From an uncultured archaeon (lineage in GTDB: Archaea; Asgardarchaeota; Thorarchaeia; Thorarchaeales; Thorarchaeaceae): a DNA stretch of 16,088 bases. The notes beneath the pieces are model-generated. The model ran no database searches. It was not told the DNA's origin and saw only the letters and a list, made by a program, of their open reading frames with translations. The stretch is taken from positions 1 through 16,088 of the forward strand of contig CAYWJO010000062.1 of the NCBI GenBank assembly GCA_964458565.1. Direction: 5' to 3'. A program made the translations under genes and the position numbers. Shown here one piece after another: positions 1-9,100 of this stretch (the first letter of the stretch is position 1; the number at the start of each line of letters is the position of its first letter).

Positions 1-3000
1 CAATTCTATCAAACAATTGGTGCGCATCAATCCACTCAACATATTGTTGGAATGGGAAATACACTGACATTAGATCCCTATCTCTCTAAGACTGATGTGA
101 ACATACATCATAGTGATTCCGAACAAGTTGACGCTCTTCTAATGATGTTCTATGACGTATGGACTGTTCAAGAGAAGATTTCTGAACGAGCTGATGAGAG
201 TAAGGACTTTACAAAGGCAAGAGATGAACTCCAGACGATTGCCCTAAAGGTCTATGGAGATAATTTCAATATGTTCTTCAAACGGACTGTCGAACCTGTC
301 AATCCTATCGGAGAAATTGATGAAGTCGCTCTTGCTGAGAGAACTGCTTCTATGTGGGAGGAGCATGCTCCAACAATCGAACAAACATACTATCATATGT
401 CAGAGGAAGGTAAGCTAGAAGAAATCTCAGAAGAGGACCTTCCAGAGGACTATTCTCCACCAATCAAACTAAGCACAGAGGCTGAGCTTTCAGAGAGTGA
501 TATGATTCTTGGGGAGATTCCTCTACTATCTGCACTTAGAGGACCCATTGGTGAAATAATAGATACTCTTCTCAGTGTATTGGGAGGCGGAGGTTCAACC
601 GTTATATCGATACCCAGCGATTTAGTCGAAACTATTCAGAGCCTCTTCAAAGTTATTGAACCAATAATTGGTATAGTAAAAGACTTTGATGCAGAATCAC
701 CGCTCAAGTCTATTGTCAATGCTTTGGCAAATGAGTTCCCATTCATGGCAGAATTCAAGGATTACCTTGATATTATTTTGAAAGCTCTTTTCAATTTCCG
801 TGGAGACCTTGGTAGCATCCTTGAACTTGTAGGTGATATTATTCAAGTTCTATTACCTGATAGCGTTCCTCAGATTCTCAAAGATTTCATCGGACAAATA
901 CTCGATGCTGATAATGGTCTATGGAATGCAATCAGTGAAGTAACATCTGGTGAAAAGGGTGTATTCGATGCGATTTTTGGATTCTTCACTTCAAGTACAC
1001 TCAATTCATTATTGAATAGAACACTAGTTGCAGATCTTGGTATGACCAGTGGTCAGGTAACAACCCTGCTACCACGTGTTATCACCTTCGTAGAATCGAT
1101 TGTTAATTTTATCACTAATGGTAATTTTGGTGACTTTCTACAGAAGGTTGGAACTGACCTTCTTAGTTCTGTCCTCTCAGTGACTGGTCTTGAGGATGTC
1201 GTTGACAAAGTTATGTCTATGATTCAGATGGTCTTGAATGTTGTAGACCTCATTGACAATTTCGATACAACAACTCTGATGGACATCGCAAAAACAATGC
1301 TTGACAAAATCGTAGGTTCGTCAAATATACCCGGTGGGATTGATGAGCTCGCAAAGAATCTGTTTAACGCAGTAAAAACTGTTCAAGAGGGTGGAAGCAC
1401 TGATGTGTCCGGATTTCTCTCAAACCTGAATACCATTCTTGATTCAGGTGTAACGGGAGTTACACAAAATGTCAAGGACATTGTACGAGATGTTATTGCA
1501 CTAATTGCAGGTTTCTTCAACAATGGCTTCGATAAAACACAATTACCCGATATTTTTGAGATTGCAGAAAATATTGCAACAGAGTTCATCGGGACCGGCG
1601 CTGCAGATGTAATTCAAGCATTCAATTCAGCTTTGAAACCGATTATGGGCATTATTGCTCTCATTACTAACAAGGATGCACTCAAGCAGATGATCAGTAA
1701 AACTGTGAACAACTTTGTCTCAGAACTTACTGACGTACCCACCATGGTAAAGAACATACTCAAATTCCTTGATACCGAAGATGTATTTTCAGGAATCCCA
1801 ACTGGTGTTGCTCTCTCTGCTAGTGGGGACCTAGAATCCATTCTTAATACTGTTGGTGAGATAGTTGGCGGTGTCGTCGCCATGGTTCAAGGTATCAAGG
1901 GACAGTCATTCCAGGGTGTCATGCAATCACTTCTCATGAGTGCAGGCTCAATGCTTGGGTCTTTCCCCGGGTTTGATGATGTTCCGATTGATGCAGTACT
2001 CAAACTACTACAGAGCTTCTTCCCTGAAGCATTCGGTCTTAGTAAGGACAATATGCCAAGCAGTACTGAGATAATCAACGAAATCATGGGTCTCGCTGAG
2101 GGTCTGTTAAGTGGAGTCATTGACACTGACACTCTCAAGAGTATTCTGGAGTTCTTCATGGACATCAAAGGCATATTCACTAATGGTGTGAAATGGTTAC
2201 TCGGAAAAGTATTCGATTGGCTGAGCGGCCTTATCAATCCTGTATTAGATGACATCGAGAATACCATTGAGGGTCTCTTCTCGGGATTAGACGACTTACT
2301 AGGCTTCTCAGGGAAGATTCCTATCGGTCTCGGCGATTGGTCTCTCTTCGACCTAGAGTATGCGCTGGGACTCAGAGCGAATTTTGCCATTGACCTCAAC
2401 CCCCTGTTTGACATGATTGTGAGCATGATATTCGATGCTCGTGAGGTCTTCTCCATGGATAACATTGGTGACTTCTTCAAGCAGCTCTTCTCATTCTTCG
2501 AGATATCACCTCAGTTTTATGCAGAGTGTGGTATCGGTGGATTTGACACCGAAAAGAATCCCCTCATGAAGACAATGTTAGAGACTCTAGGTCTCAAGCT
2601 CTCATTTGAAGGCTCAGCAAAATTCGTGCTTAATCTATTCACTTTCAGAAACGGCCAGTTCGACTTTGACAACTTCTTCAGTATCGTCGAATGGTCTCTT
2701 CATATCAAAATTCATATAGGTAAGGTATTCACACTACTCGACTTCCTTACAGCTGGAGTCGGTGGTGGTGCACTCAACGCCGTCGCTTCTTTCCTCGGTC
2801 TGGATATGATCACCGTTGAGGTTTACTTTGAGATTGTTATTGACATCGTAAAGAAGGCGGCTAGTGCGTTAGAACCAGAGGTGTCCTCGTTGACACTTAC
2901 TATCATCTTCGGTGTGTCAGTGCATATACCGATAGAACTCATAATTGTAGCTATCACCATCGACGGCACGCTGGAGATAATTCTCACGTTTTACCAAGAC

Positions 3001-6000
3001 TTTGCATCGCCATCGCCCATGAAGATAACTTTACGGCTGGTGTTTACCATCAAGGTGAAGTTCCGATTCCTCATGATCAGTGAATCGGCTACCTTCACCT
3101 GGGAGCCTGGCGGTCCTTGGGACCTCTCTCCATCAAAGGGGGAGGCAGACTATGATGAAACAGGACAGGGCTTCGATACGGACGGTGACGGATTAGGAGA
3201 CGCGTATGAGGACTCCATGCCCGGTCTTGACAAGAATAAAGCAGATACTGATGACGATGGTGCGAATGACAAACTCGAAGTCCAGACCATGGGTACTGAC
3301 TATGTCAATCCCGACTCTGATGGAGACGGACTACTCGATGGCGAAGAGTGGGAGCTGGGTACATCTCCAATGCGTGAGGATACAGACTGGGACGATGTTG
3401 ACGACTACAAGGAAGTCAAGGTCTATGGTACTGACCCCCTCACACAGGATTCAGATGGTGACGGTCTCACCGACGCGTACGAAATCTACACCAAACTCGA
3501 TATCAGCAATGTGACTCCAACAGTGACCGAGGTTATCATCGGTGGAGAGACCTACAATGATAGGACTGATCCATTGAACCCTGACACAGATGGAGATGAT
3601 CTGATGGACGGTGACGAGGGTCCCATGGGTGCCTACTATGGAGATCCCGCCCTCTACAATGACACTGAGGACGAGGATACCGGATGGTTCTCAGACCCGA
3701 ACCCGCTCATCTTTAATGGTGGATTCACTCACCCGTTAGACGCTGACACTGATGACGACAGCGCTCTCCAACTCTACAACGGTATTGTGGACTCTCAAGC
3801 CTACTTGTACCTCAAAGACATGAATGATGGTGCTGAGGTCTCTGGATTCTGGATTATCCTCTACGATGATGAGGGTGAACCAGAAAACAAGAAGGTGTTT
3901 ACGAATCCTTGCAATCCAGACACAGATGGCGATACAGGTATCACCGACAGAACTCCGCAACCTGGAGCTTGGTTGAACTCCGACGGGTATGAACTTGCTC
4001 AGACTCCACCTACAGATCCAACAGATGGTGACTCCGACGACGATGGCCTTCTGGACGGTCTAGAGGGAGTATTAAACCAATACAGCAACCACACCAACGC
4101 TCTTGACTCTGACACAGATGACGACGGTTTGTTCGACATGCAGGAGATTCTCCTTGGTGCAGATCCAAGAGAGCAAGATACTGATGGAGACATGATCTCT
4201 GACGGAGACGAGTTCTACGTATTCTTCACTAATCCCAATGTCTGGGACTCAGACTTTGATGGACTTGGAGACGGGGAAGAGGTTTACTTCTGGCACACAA
4301 ATCCACTGATTGACGATTCAGATGCGGATCGGTTGCTCGATGGAGATGAGGTGCTGATGTATGGAACGGACCCAATGGATGAGGACGGAGACAATGACGG
4401 TCTTACAGACTTTGAAGAAATCAAAGTCTACTATACAGACGGATTTGATTATGACTCGGATGATGATGGACTGAGTGACGGAGAGGAAATCGAACTTTAT
4501 AATTCCGACCCGCTCTCTTGGGATACAGACCATGACTCTATTATGGAACCCAACGAGAATGGTTCTATGACCTTCCCGCTGAATGACTACTCCGAGGTCA
4601 TGATCTATCACACCAATGTCACTGATGCAGACTCGGACCAGGATGGTCTTCGGGATGGTCTAGAGCTCTATCTAGGTTCTGGACTCATTGAATGGGATAA
4701 TAATTCGCTTCCATGGTTCGTCAATGATACGATTATTGGGGGTAAAACAAGACTCATAATACCAGTCGATCCCATGAACAAAGACACTGATGGTGACCTC
4801 ATACCTGATGGTACTGAGATGGCAATAGTAAACGTCTCAGGTCTCATTTATCCATTTAGAGCTATGACCCTTGAGTTCAGGTACAATACTTCGCCAGTTG
4901 ATGCTGATAGTGACAATGACATATTGACTGATTATCAGGAGGTTCTGGTGTTCAATTCACAACCGGATAACATTGATACGGATAACGATACATTGACTGA
5001 TTGGTGGGAGATTTGGGTCTATAACACGTCAGCATTGTATAATGACACAGATGGAGACGAGCTATTAGACAATGAGGAGACACTTACTGAGATATGGCCG
5101 TATGGCCCGTGGCCGCCTTCCAATTGGAGTATTGGTATGGGAACTGAGGATGGCTTGGCAATGCCGAAGTCAAGTTTCATCATTGCGGAAGACCATCCGA
5201 TTCTGATGTTCGCACCTTCGCAGACTCCATTGTATCCGACGTCAGCTAATGATCCGGATTGTGATGACGATTGGTTGCCGGACGGGGCGGAGGTGAAATT
5301 CTACCATACGAATCCGTTGTCGGATGATACCGATCTGGATGGAATTCCGGATGGAATGGAATTCGATTCGGACTTTGATGGACTGGAAGACGGATTGGAG
5401 TTCAAGCTTCTTTTGTACAGATCTGGAGGAGTTTTCGATCCGGATTCTGATAATGACGGTATATTAGATGGAGCAGAATATTACCTCTACGGTACAGATC
5501 CTGCATCTGCAGATACAGATGGTGATGGATATCCCGATGGTCTTGAGATAGCCATAGGTACAGATCCAACAGTAATTACCACAATTGTGGAGTATGAGTA
5601 TTACATCTCTGTAATGCGTGGTGAGGCGTCTATGGATATACTTCTACCTCTAGCAATCGTGGACAATGCGATGACCGTAGACGTGAATGTCCTGAACTAC
5701 ACACCATTCCAGGAGATGAAATTCAGGTATAACACCACTGATGGTTGGAGTGATAATTTCACTATGACCTATAGCACAGCCACAATGACGTGGATCTACA
5801 GCGATATGCAATGGGAGGTGGGTGGTTACAAGGTACAGGTCTTTGCAAAGGACTTTGAGGATAATGACTACATAGCTCAACGAGAATTCACAGTAGCAGC
5901 AGTACCGACTTATGGAGAACCAATTAGTCCATTAGTATTGATTGCTATCGGTCTTGGTGTTGGCTTTATTCTCTTCCCACTTCTGATATATGGAATGCCG

Positions 6001-6162
6001 CGATTGTGGCGGTTCATTAAGACAAAACGTGCAGAACGGGCAGCGCGGACTCCGTCAGCTCCGCCACCTGATACGAAGTCAGAGACCACAAGTAAGAAGA
6101 AGACTACAACGAGAAAGAAGAAAACATCCAGCCCAGATAAGGGCGATGAGGGAGGTGCATAG
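1..6162 (+). CDS. Giant type I membrane-anchored surface protein, 5'-partial: amphipathic helical region, beta-rich domain, calcium-binding TSP3-like repeats, C-terminal TM helix and basic tail
   Basis: Frame 1 is open from base 1 (QFYQTIGAHQSTQHIVG precedes the Met at 52), and no signal peptide or RBS is seen at 52, so the true start is probably upstream of the window. Helical region ~490-2300, beta-rich region ~2302-3105, acidic repeats 3175-5571, small beta domain ~5630-5900, TM LVLIAIGLGVGFILFPLLIYGM ~5932-5997, Lys/Arg-rich tail, TAG at 6160-6162. Confidence 0.9.
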   Translation, partial: QFYQTIGAHQSTQHIVGMGNTLTLDPYLSKTDVNIHHSDSEQVDALLMMFYDVWTVQEKISERADESKDFTKARDELQTIALKVYGDNFNMFFKRTVEPVNPIGEIDEVALAERTASMWEEHAPTIEQTYYHMSEEGKLEEISEEDLPEDYSPPIKLSTEAELSESDMILGEIPLLSALRGPIGEIIDTLLSVLGGGGSTVISIPSDLVETIQSLFKVIEPIIGIVKDFDAESPLKSIVNALANEFPFMAEFKDYLDIILKALFNFRGDLGSILELVGDIIQVLLPDSVPQILKDFIGQILDADNGLWNAISEVTSGEKGVFDAIFGFFTSSTLNSLLNRTLVADLGMTSGQVTTLLPRVITFVESIVNFITNGNFGDFLQKVGTDLLSSVLSVTGLEDVVDKVMSMIQMVLNVVDLIDNFDTTTLMDIAKTMLDKIVGSSNIPGGIDELAKNLFNAVKTVQEGGSTDVSGFLSNLNTILDSGVTGVTQNVKDIVRDVIALIAGFFNNGFDKTQLPDIFEIAENIATEFIGTGAADVIQAFNSALKPIMGIIALITNKDALKQMISKTVNNFVSELTDVPTMVKNILKFLDTEDVFSGIPTGVALSASGDLESILNTVGEIVGGVVAMVQGIKGQSFQGVMQSLLMSAGSMLGSFPGFDDVPIDAVLKLLQSFFPEAFGLSKDNMPSSTEIINEIMGLAEGLLSGVIDTDTLKSILEFFMDIKGIFTNGVKWLLGKVFDWLSGLINPVLDDIENTIEGLFSGLDDLLGFSGKIPIGLGDWSLFDLEYALGLRANFAIDLNPLFDMIVSMIFDAREVFSMDNIGDFFKQLFSFFEISPQFYAECGIGGFDTEKNPLMKTMLETLGLKLSFEGSAKFVLNLFTFRNGQFDFDNFFSIVEWSLHIKIHIGKVFTLLDFLTAGVGGGALNAVASFLGLDMITVEVYFEIVIDIVKKAASALEPEVSSLTLTIIFGVSVHIPIELIIVAITIDGTLEIILTFYQDFASPSPMKITLRLVFTIKVKFRFLMISESATFTWEPGGPWDLSPSKGEADYDETGQGFDTDGDGLGDAYEDSMPGLDKNKADTDDDGANDKLEVQTMGTDYVNPDSDGDGLLDGEEWELGTSPMREDTDWDDVDDYKEVKVYGTDPLTQDSDGDGLTDAYEIYTKLDISNVTPTVTEVIIGGETYNDRTDPLNPDTDGDDLMDGDEGPMGAYYGDPALYNDTEDEDTGWFSDPNPLIFNGGFTHPLDADTDDDSALQLYNGIVDSQAYLYLKDMNDGAEVSGFWIILYDDEGEPENKKVFTNPCNPDTDGDTGITDRTPQPGAWLNSDGYELAQTPPTDPTDGDSDDDGLLDGLEGVLNQYSNHTNALDSDTDDDGLFDMQEILLGADPREQDTDGDMISDGDEFYVFFTNPNVWDSDFDGLGDGEEVYFWHTNPLIDDSDADRLLDGDEVLMYGTDPMDEDGDNDGLTDFEEIKVYYTDGFDYDSDDDGLSDGEEIELYNSDPLSWDTDHDSIMEPNENGSMTFPLNDYSEVMIYHTNVTDADSDQDGLRDGLELYLGSGLIEWDNNSLPWFVNDTIIGGKTRLIIPVDPMNKDTDGDLIPDGTEMAIVNVSGLIYPFRAMTLEFRYNTSPVDADSDNDILTDYQEVLVFNSQPDNIDTDNDTLTDWWEIWVYNTSALYNDTDGDELLDNEETLTEIWPYGPWPPSNWSIGMGTEDGLAMPKSSFIIAEDHPILMFAPSQTPLYPTSANDPDCDDDWLPDGAEVKFYHTNPLSDDTDLDGIPDGMEFDSDFDGLEDGLEFKLLLYRSGGVFDPDSDNDGILDGAEYYLYGTDPASADTDGDGYPDGLEIAIGTDPTVITTIVEYEYYISVMRGEASMDILLPLAIVDNAMTVDVNVLNYTPFQEMKFRYNTTDGWSDNFTMTYSTATMTWIYSDMQWEVGGYKVQVFAKDFEDNDYIAQREFTVAAVPTYGEPISPLVLIAIGLGVGFILFPLLIYGMPRLWRFIKTKRAERAARTPSAPPPDTKSETTSKKKTTTRKKKTSSPDKGDEGGA
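3175..5571 (+). repeat. Protein-level array of about 26 calcium-binding repeats, consensus D[ST]DxDG[LI]xDGxE-x3-5-GT[DN]P (bacterial thrombospondin type 3-like)
   Basis: Manual count gives 23 intact units (e.g. DTDGDGLGDAYE, DSDGDGLLDGEE, DSDDDGLSDGEE, DTDGDGYPDGLE) and 3 interrupted by insertions. Period is about 23 aa in the regular blocks. The repeats are diverged at DNA level. Confidence 0.9.
6151..6157 (+). promoter_or_regulatory. Shine-Dalgarno site GGAGGTG for ORF2, embedded in the last codons of ORF1
   Basis: Sequence reads GGAGGTG-catagt-GTG, a 6-nt spacer to GTG 6164 that contains the ORF1 stop codon. Confidence 0.85.
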
Positions 6163-6163
6163 T

Positions 6164-9100
6164 GTGAAGTATAAACTGATGACACTGACATTCATGATAG
6201 TGCTGGTCGTTGGTACCTTTGGAGTCATTCCTAATGTACCCTTGGCTGTGAACGAGTCGACTCAAATGGAAGATCCAATGAGCCTCTTCAATAATGTACC
6301 TGGTGAGATTCAACCCGAAGTCGAAAATCTTCTCGCGGAAGAAGCACTGAACTACATTCAGAATATGCCCTCTGACAAGAATATTGGAGAGATACTCGGA
6401 GACCGCGTTAATGATTATACCCTGACCTATGAACCATGGAGGTCTAAGGCTGCGATACACGCGATTGCCTACGATGAACCTACAGGCTTCCTAGCGATGG
6501 GTGGTGGTTATCTATATGATAATCAGATACATATCTTCAGGTTGAATACTGAAACAAAGCTCTGGGACAAGGTTTGGGATACAGGTGACAGTGTTTTCCA
6601 GAGTGATGTCATGGCACTTGACTTTGGTGACACAGATCTCAATGACTTCATTGAGATAGTTGCTGGTTGTTCTGATGGCTATGTCTATGTCTTCGAACAG
6701 CGTCACATATACGACCCATACGCGAACACAGAGAATCAATTTGACTTGGTTTGGACAAGCCCTGGAATGTTCAGGGTATTCGATGTAAAGGTTGCAGATG
6801 TTGACCGTGACTACCGACCTGATATTATCGCAGCAGGCTGGGATAGTAAGCTTCACCTCTTCGAATATGATAACCACTCAGGTTATCCATTCGTAGAAGA
6901 GCATTGGATTACCTATAATGAGGTAGCACGTCTACAGGTTGGTGAAGATGAACTCATCTACACTGTCGAAACCGGGGATACGAACTACAATGGTCTTCCT
7001 GAGATTATCTGTGGTACAAGAGATGGAAGGGTCTATGTCTTTGAAAATGATGGAATAACCTTCAATATCAATGGTCAACCATTCCCGCTCATCTATGACA
7101 ATCACTACTATCTGAACTGGACAAGTGAGAACTACACATGGACCCCAATCCTCTCAATGGATGTTGGACAACTCGATGATGATCCAGGCGATGAGATTGT
7201 ACTTGTTGCACAGGGTCAAGGTGTTATGATTCTTGAATGGAATAGGTGGAGCCATACCTATGACTATAAGAAGGTCTACCGTGATTTCAAACCTTGGGAG
7301 ACTTTTGGATTTTGGCAGCTAGACAACTATGTTGACCGGATGATATATGCTCACAATGTATCATACTACTCAATTCCAGCATCGGTCGTAGTAAACGAAC
7401 CAATTCAGTATGTCTGGAATGAGATACTGGAAATATTCGAACCTGATGCTAGTGTATACCCGTATAACTCTGGGATGGCAGGACCGATGCATCTTGCTGG
7501 TGGTATAGACCAGAACTATTCGAGATTCCACGCGGATCTAGGTGTGGATAATGCCACAGCCATCCTCGACTTTGGTCTCGATGAAGAAGGCACGGGAGGA
7601 GCTAATGGCTACAACGACCTCATCATCTACTTCAAGTCACCCACTGATTTGAGTCATGTAGATTCAGACTTCTGGTTCTCAGTATCTCAGGATGGTACCT
7701 CCTGGGAATTGATATCGTCTGATAGATACGATCCCGCAGGTAGTGTTCTTGGTGTTGACGTTGATGATGCTCTATCTAGGAGGAAATGGGATTGGTTCAG
7801 ATATGTCAAAATCATGGTCAATAATTCTGCGTATTATGAGGTCAATGGCATTGAACTCTTACAGGTCTATAACACCCTAACCGATTCGATCTCTGTTGAG
7901 ATTGGACCGCTCAGGATGGATGGTATGACTTACCTTGCTGGTGGAACAGAACCTAACAAGATTCTTGTTGGGAGTGTGACCGGTGAAATCAACGCCATTC
8001 AATACAACGAAACAACCTTTGATTACGAGGTTATATGGGATTCTGGAGATGATGCTTTCTACACCTTTGGAGCAAATATTTGGGACATGGTATATGTTGG
8101 CAACACACCTGATGTACCAACATGGAACTGGCAGTATGGGATGCCATGGTTACCAGATGGAGGTACGACCTACAACTCATGGAGTTATGGTACACTCGAT
8201 CCTTGGCTCTTTGGTAGTTCTACATTCAACTATTTCATGGGTACTAATGAAGGTCAGATACGAGCCTACACAGTTCCTGATGTTTTCCCACCTGGTCTTT
8301 CACCTGAAATCGACCTTACAACACAGTCGTACTTCAGTAGTATCAATGTTGAACTTCCACTTGATGGATGGGAGAGTGTTTCTGTCGAAGCGCCTCTATT
8401 CATGAATGGGTTTGAAGCCGCAAATGAATATAGTATATGGCCATTCATGGCGATGGGTGTCTTTAATCCTACTATTCCAATTGAGACTATACAACTTAGT
8501 GGTTATGATGACGATCCGACTAGAGCTACTGTTGTTTTCTACTATAGAGACTCAGAAGTTTCCAACTTTATACATCGGTTAGATCTCTTCGAGATGGATA
8601 CAACTGGTGAGCTGACTGAGCTAATAAACATAGCAAAAGCCGAACCCAAACTAGACTTTGCTGACTACGATGGTGATGGAGATCTTGACTTTACTGTGTC
8701 CAATGGCTATGTCTACATGGCTAAGAACATGTGGTATGAGAGTGGAACTTTGAACTTCACCTACTCTCGTGGATACTTCGATACCATCAACTCAAAAGAA
8801 ACCAGTAAAGTTTGGGGTCAACCTGAAATGGTTGATATCGATTCTGATGGGGACTTGGATCTCATACTCAGCTACGCAAATAGTATGGGTGGTACATGCT
8901 GGATTAACGAGGGTACTTCTGAGCATCCAATCTGGGTTGAGGATAAGAAGATCATGTCTAATCCGCTTCCGGAATCCAATATGAAATACCAGAATTTCAC
9001 CGATATCAGAATTGTACCTAAACTCGGAGGTTACTATAGTGGATATACTCTTGAGAGATGGTACGAACTCTGGGGCTGGGATATGGACTTTGAATGGACT

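Noticed and set aside
52-54. ATG 52 as the start of ORF1
   Set aside because: The frame is open to base 1, and there is no RBS or signal peptide although the protein has type I membrane topology.
1-250. Faint resemblance of HIVGMGNT...EQVDALLMMFYDVW to the end of a caspase/CHAT-like fold
   Set aside because: No catalytic His/Cys motif is visible and the domain is truncated by the window edge. It needs upstream sequence and an HMM search.
490-2300. Phage tape-measure protein or prophage
   Set aside because: No phage genes are nearby, and the region is fused to a glycosylated calcium-repeat stalk with a TM anchor.
3175-5571. CRISPR array or DNA tandem repeat; binary toxin B/anthrax PA call
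   Set aside because: The periodicity is at the protein level with synonymous divergence. Only the calcium-loop motif is shared with PA-type toxins, and no PA14 or PA pore domains were recognised.
5990-6163. 58-aa N-terminal extension of ORF2 given in the ORF track
   Set aside because: It is an alternate-frame read of the ORF1 tail. GTG 6164 has a strong RBS and a signal peptide.
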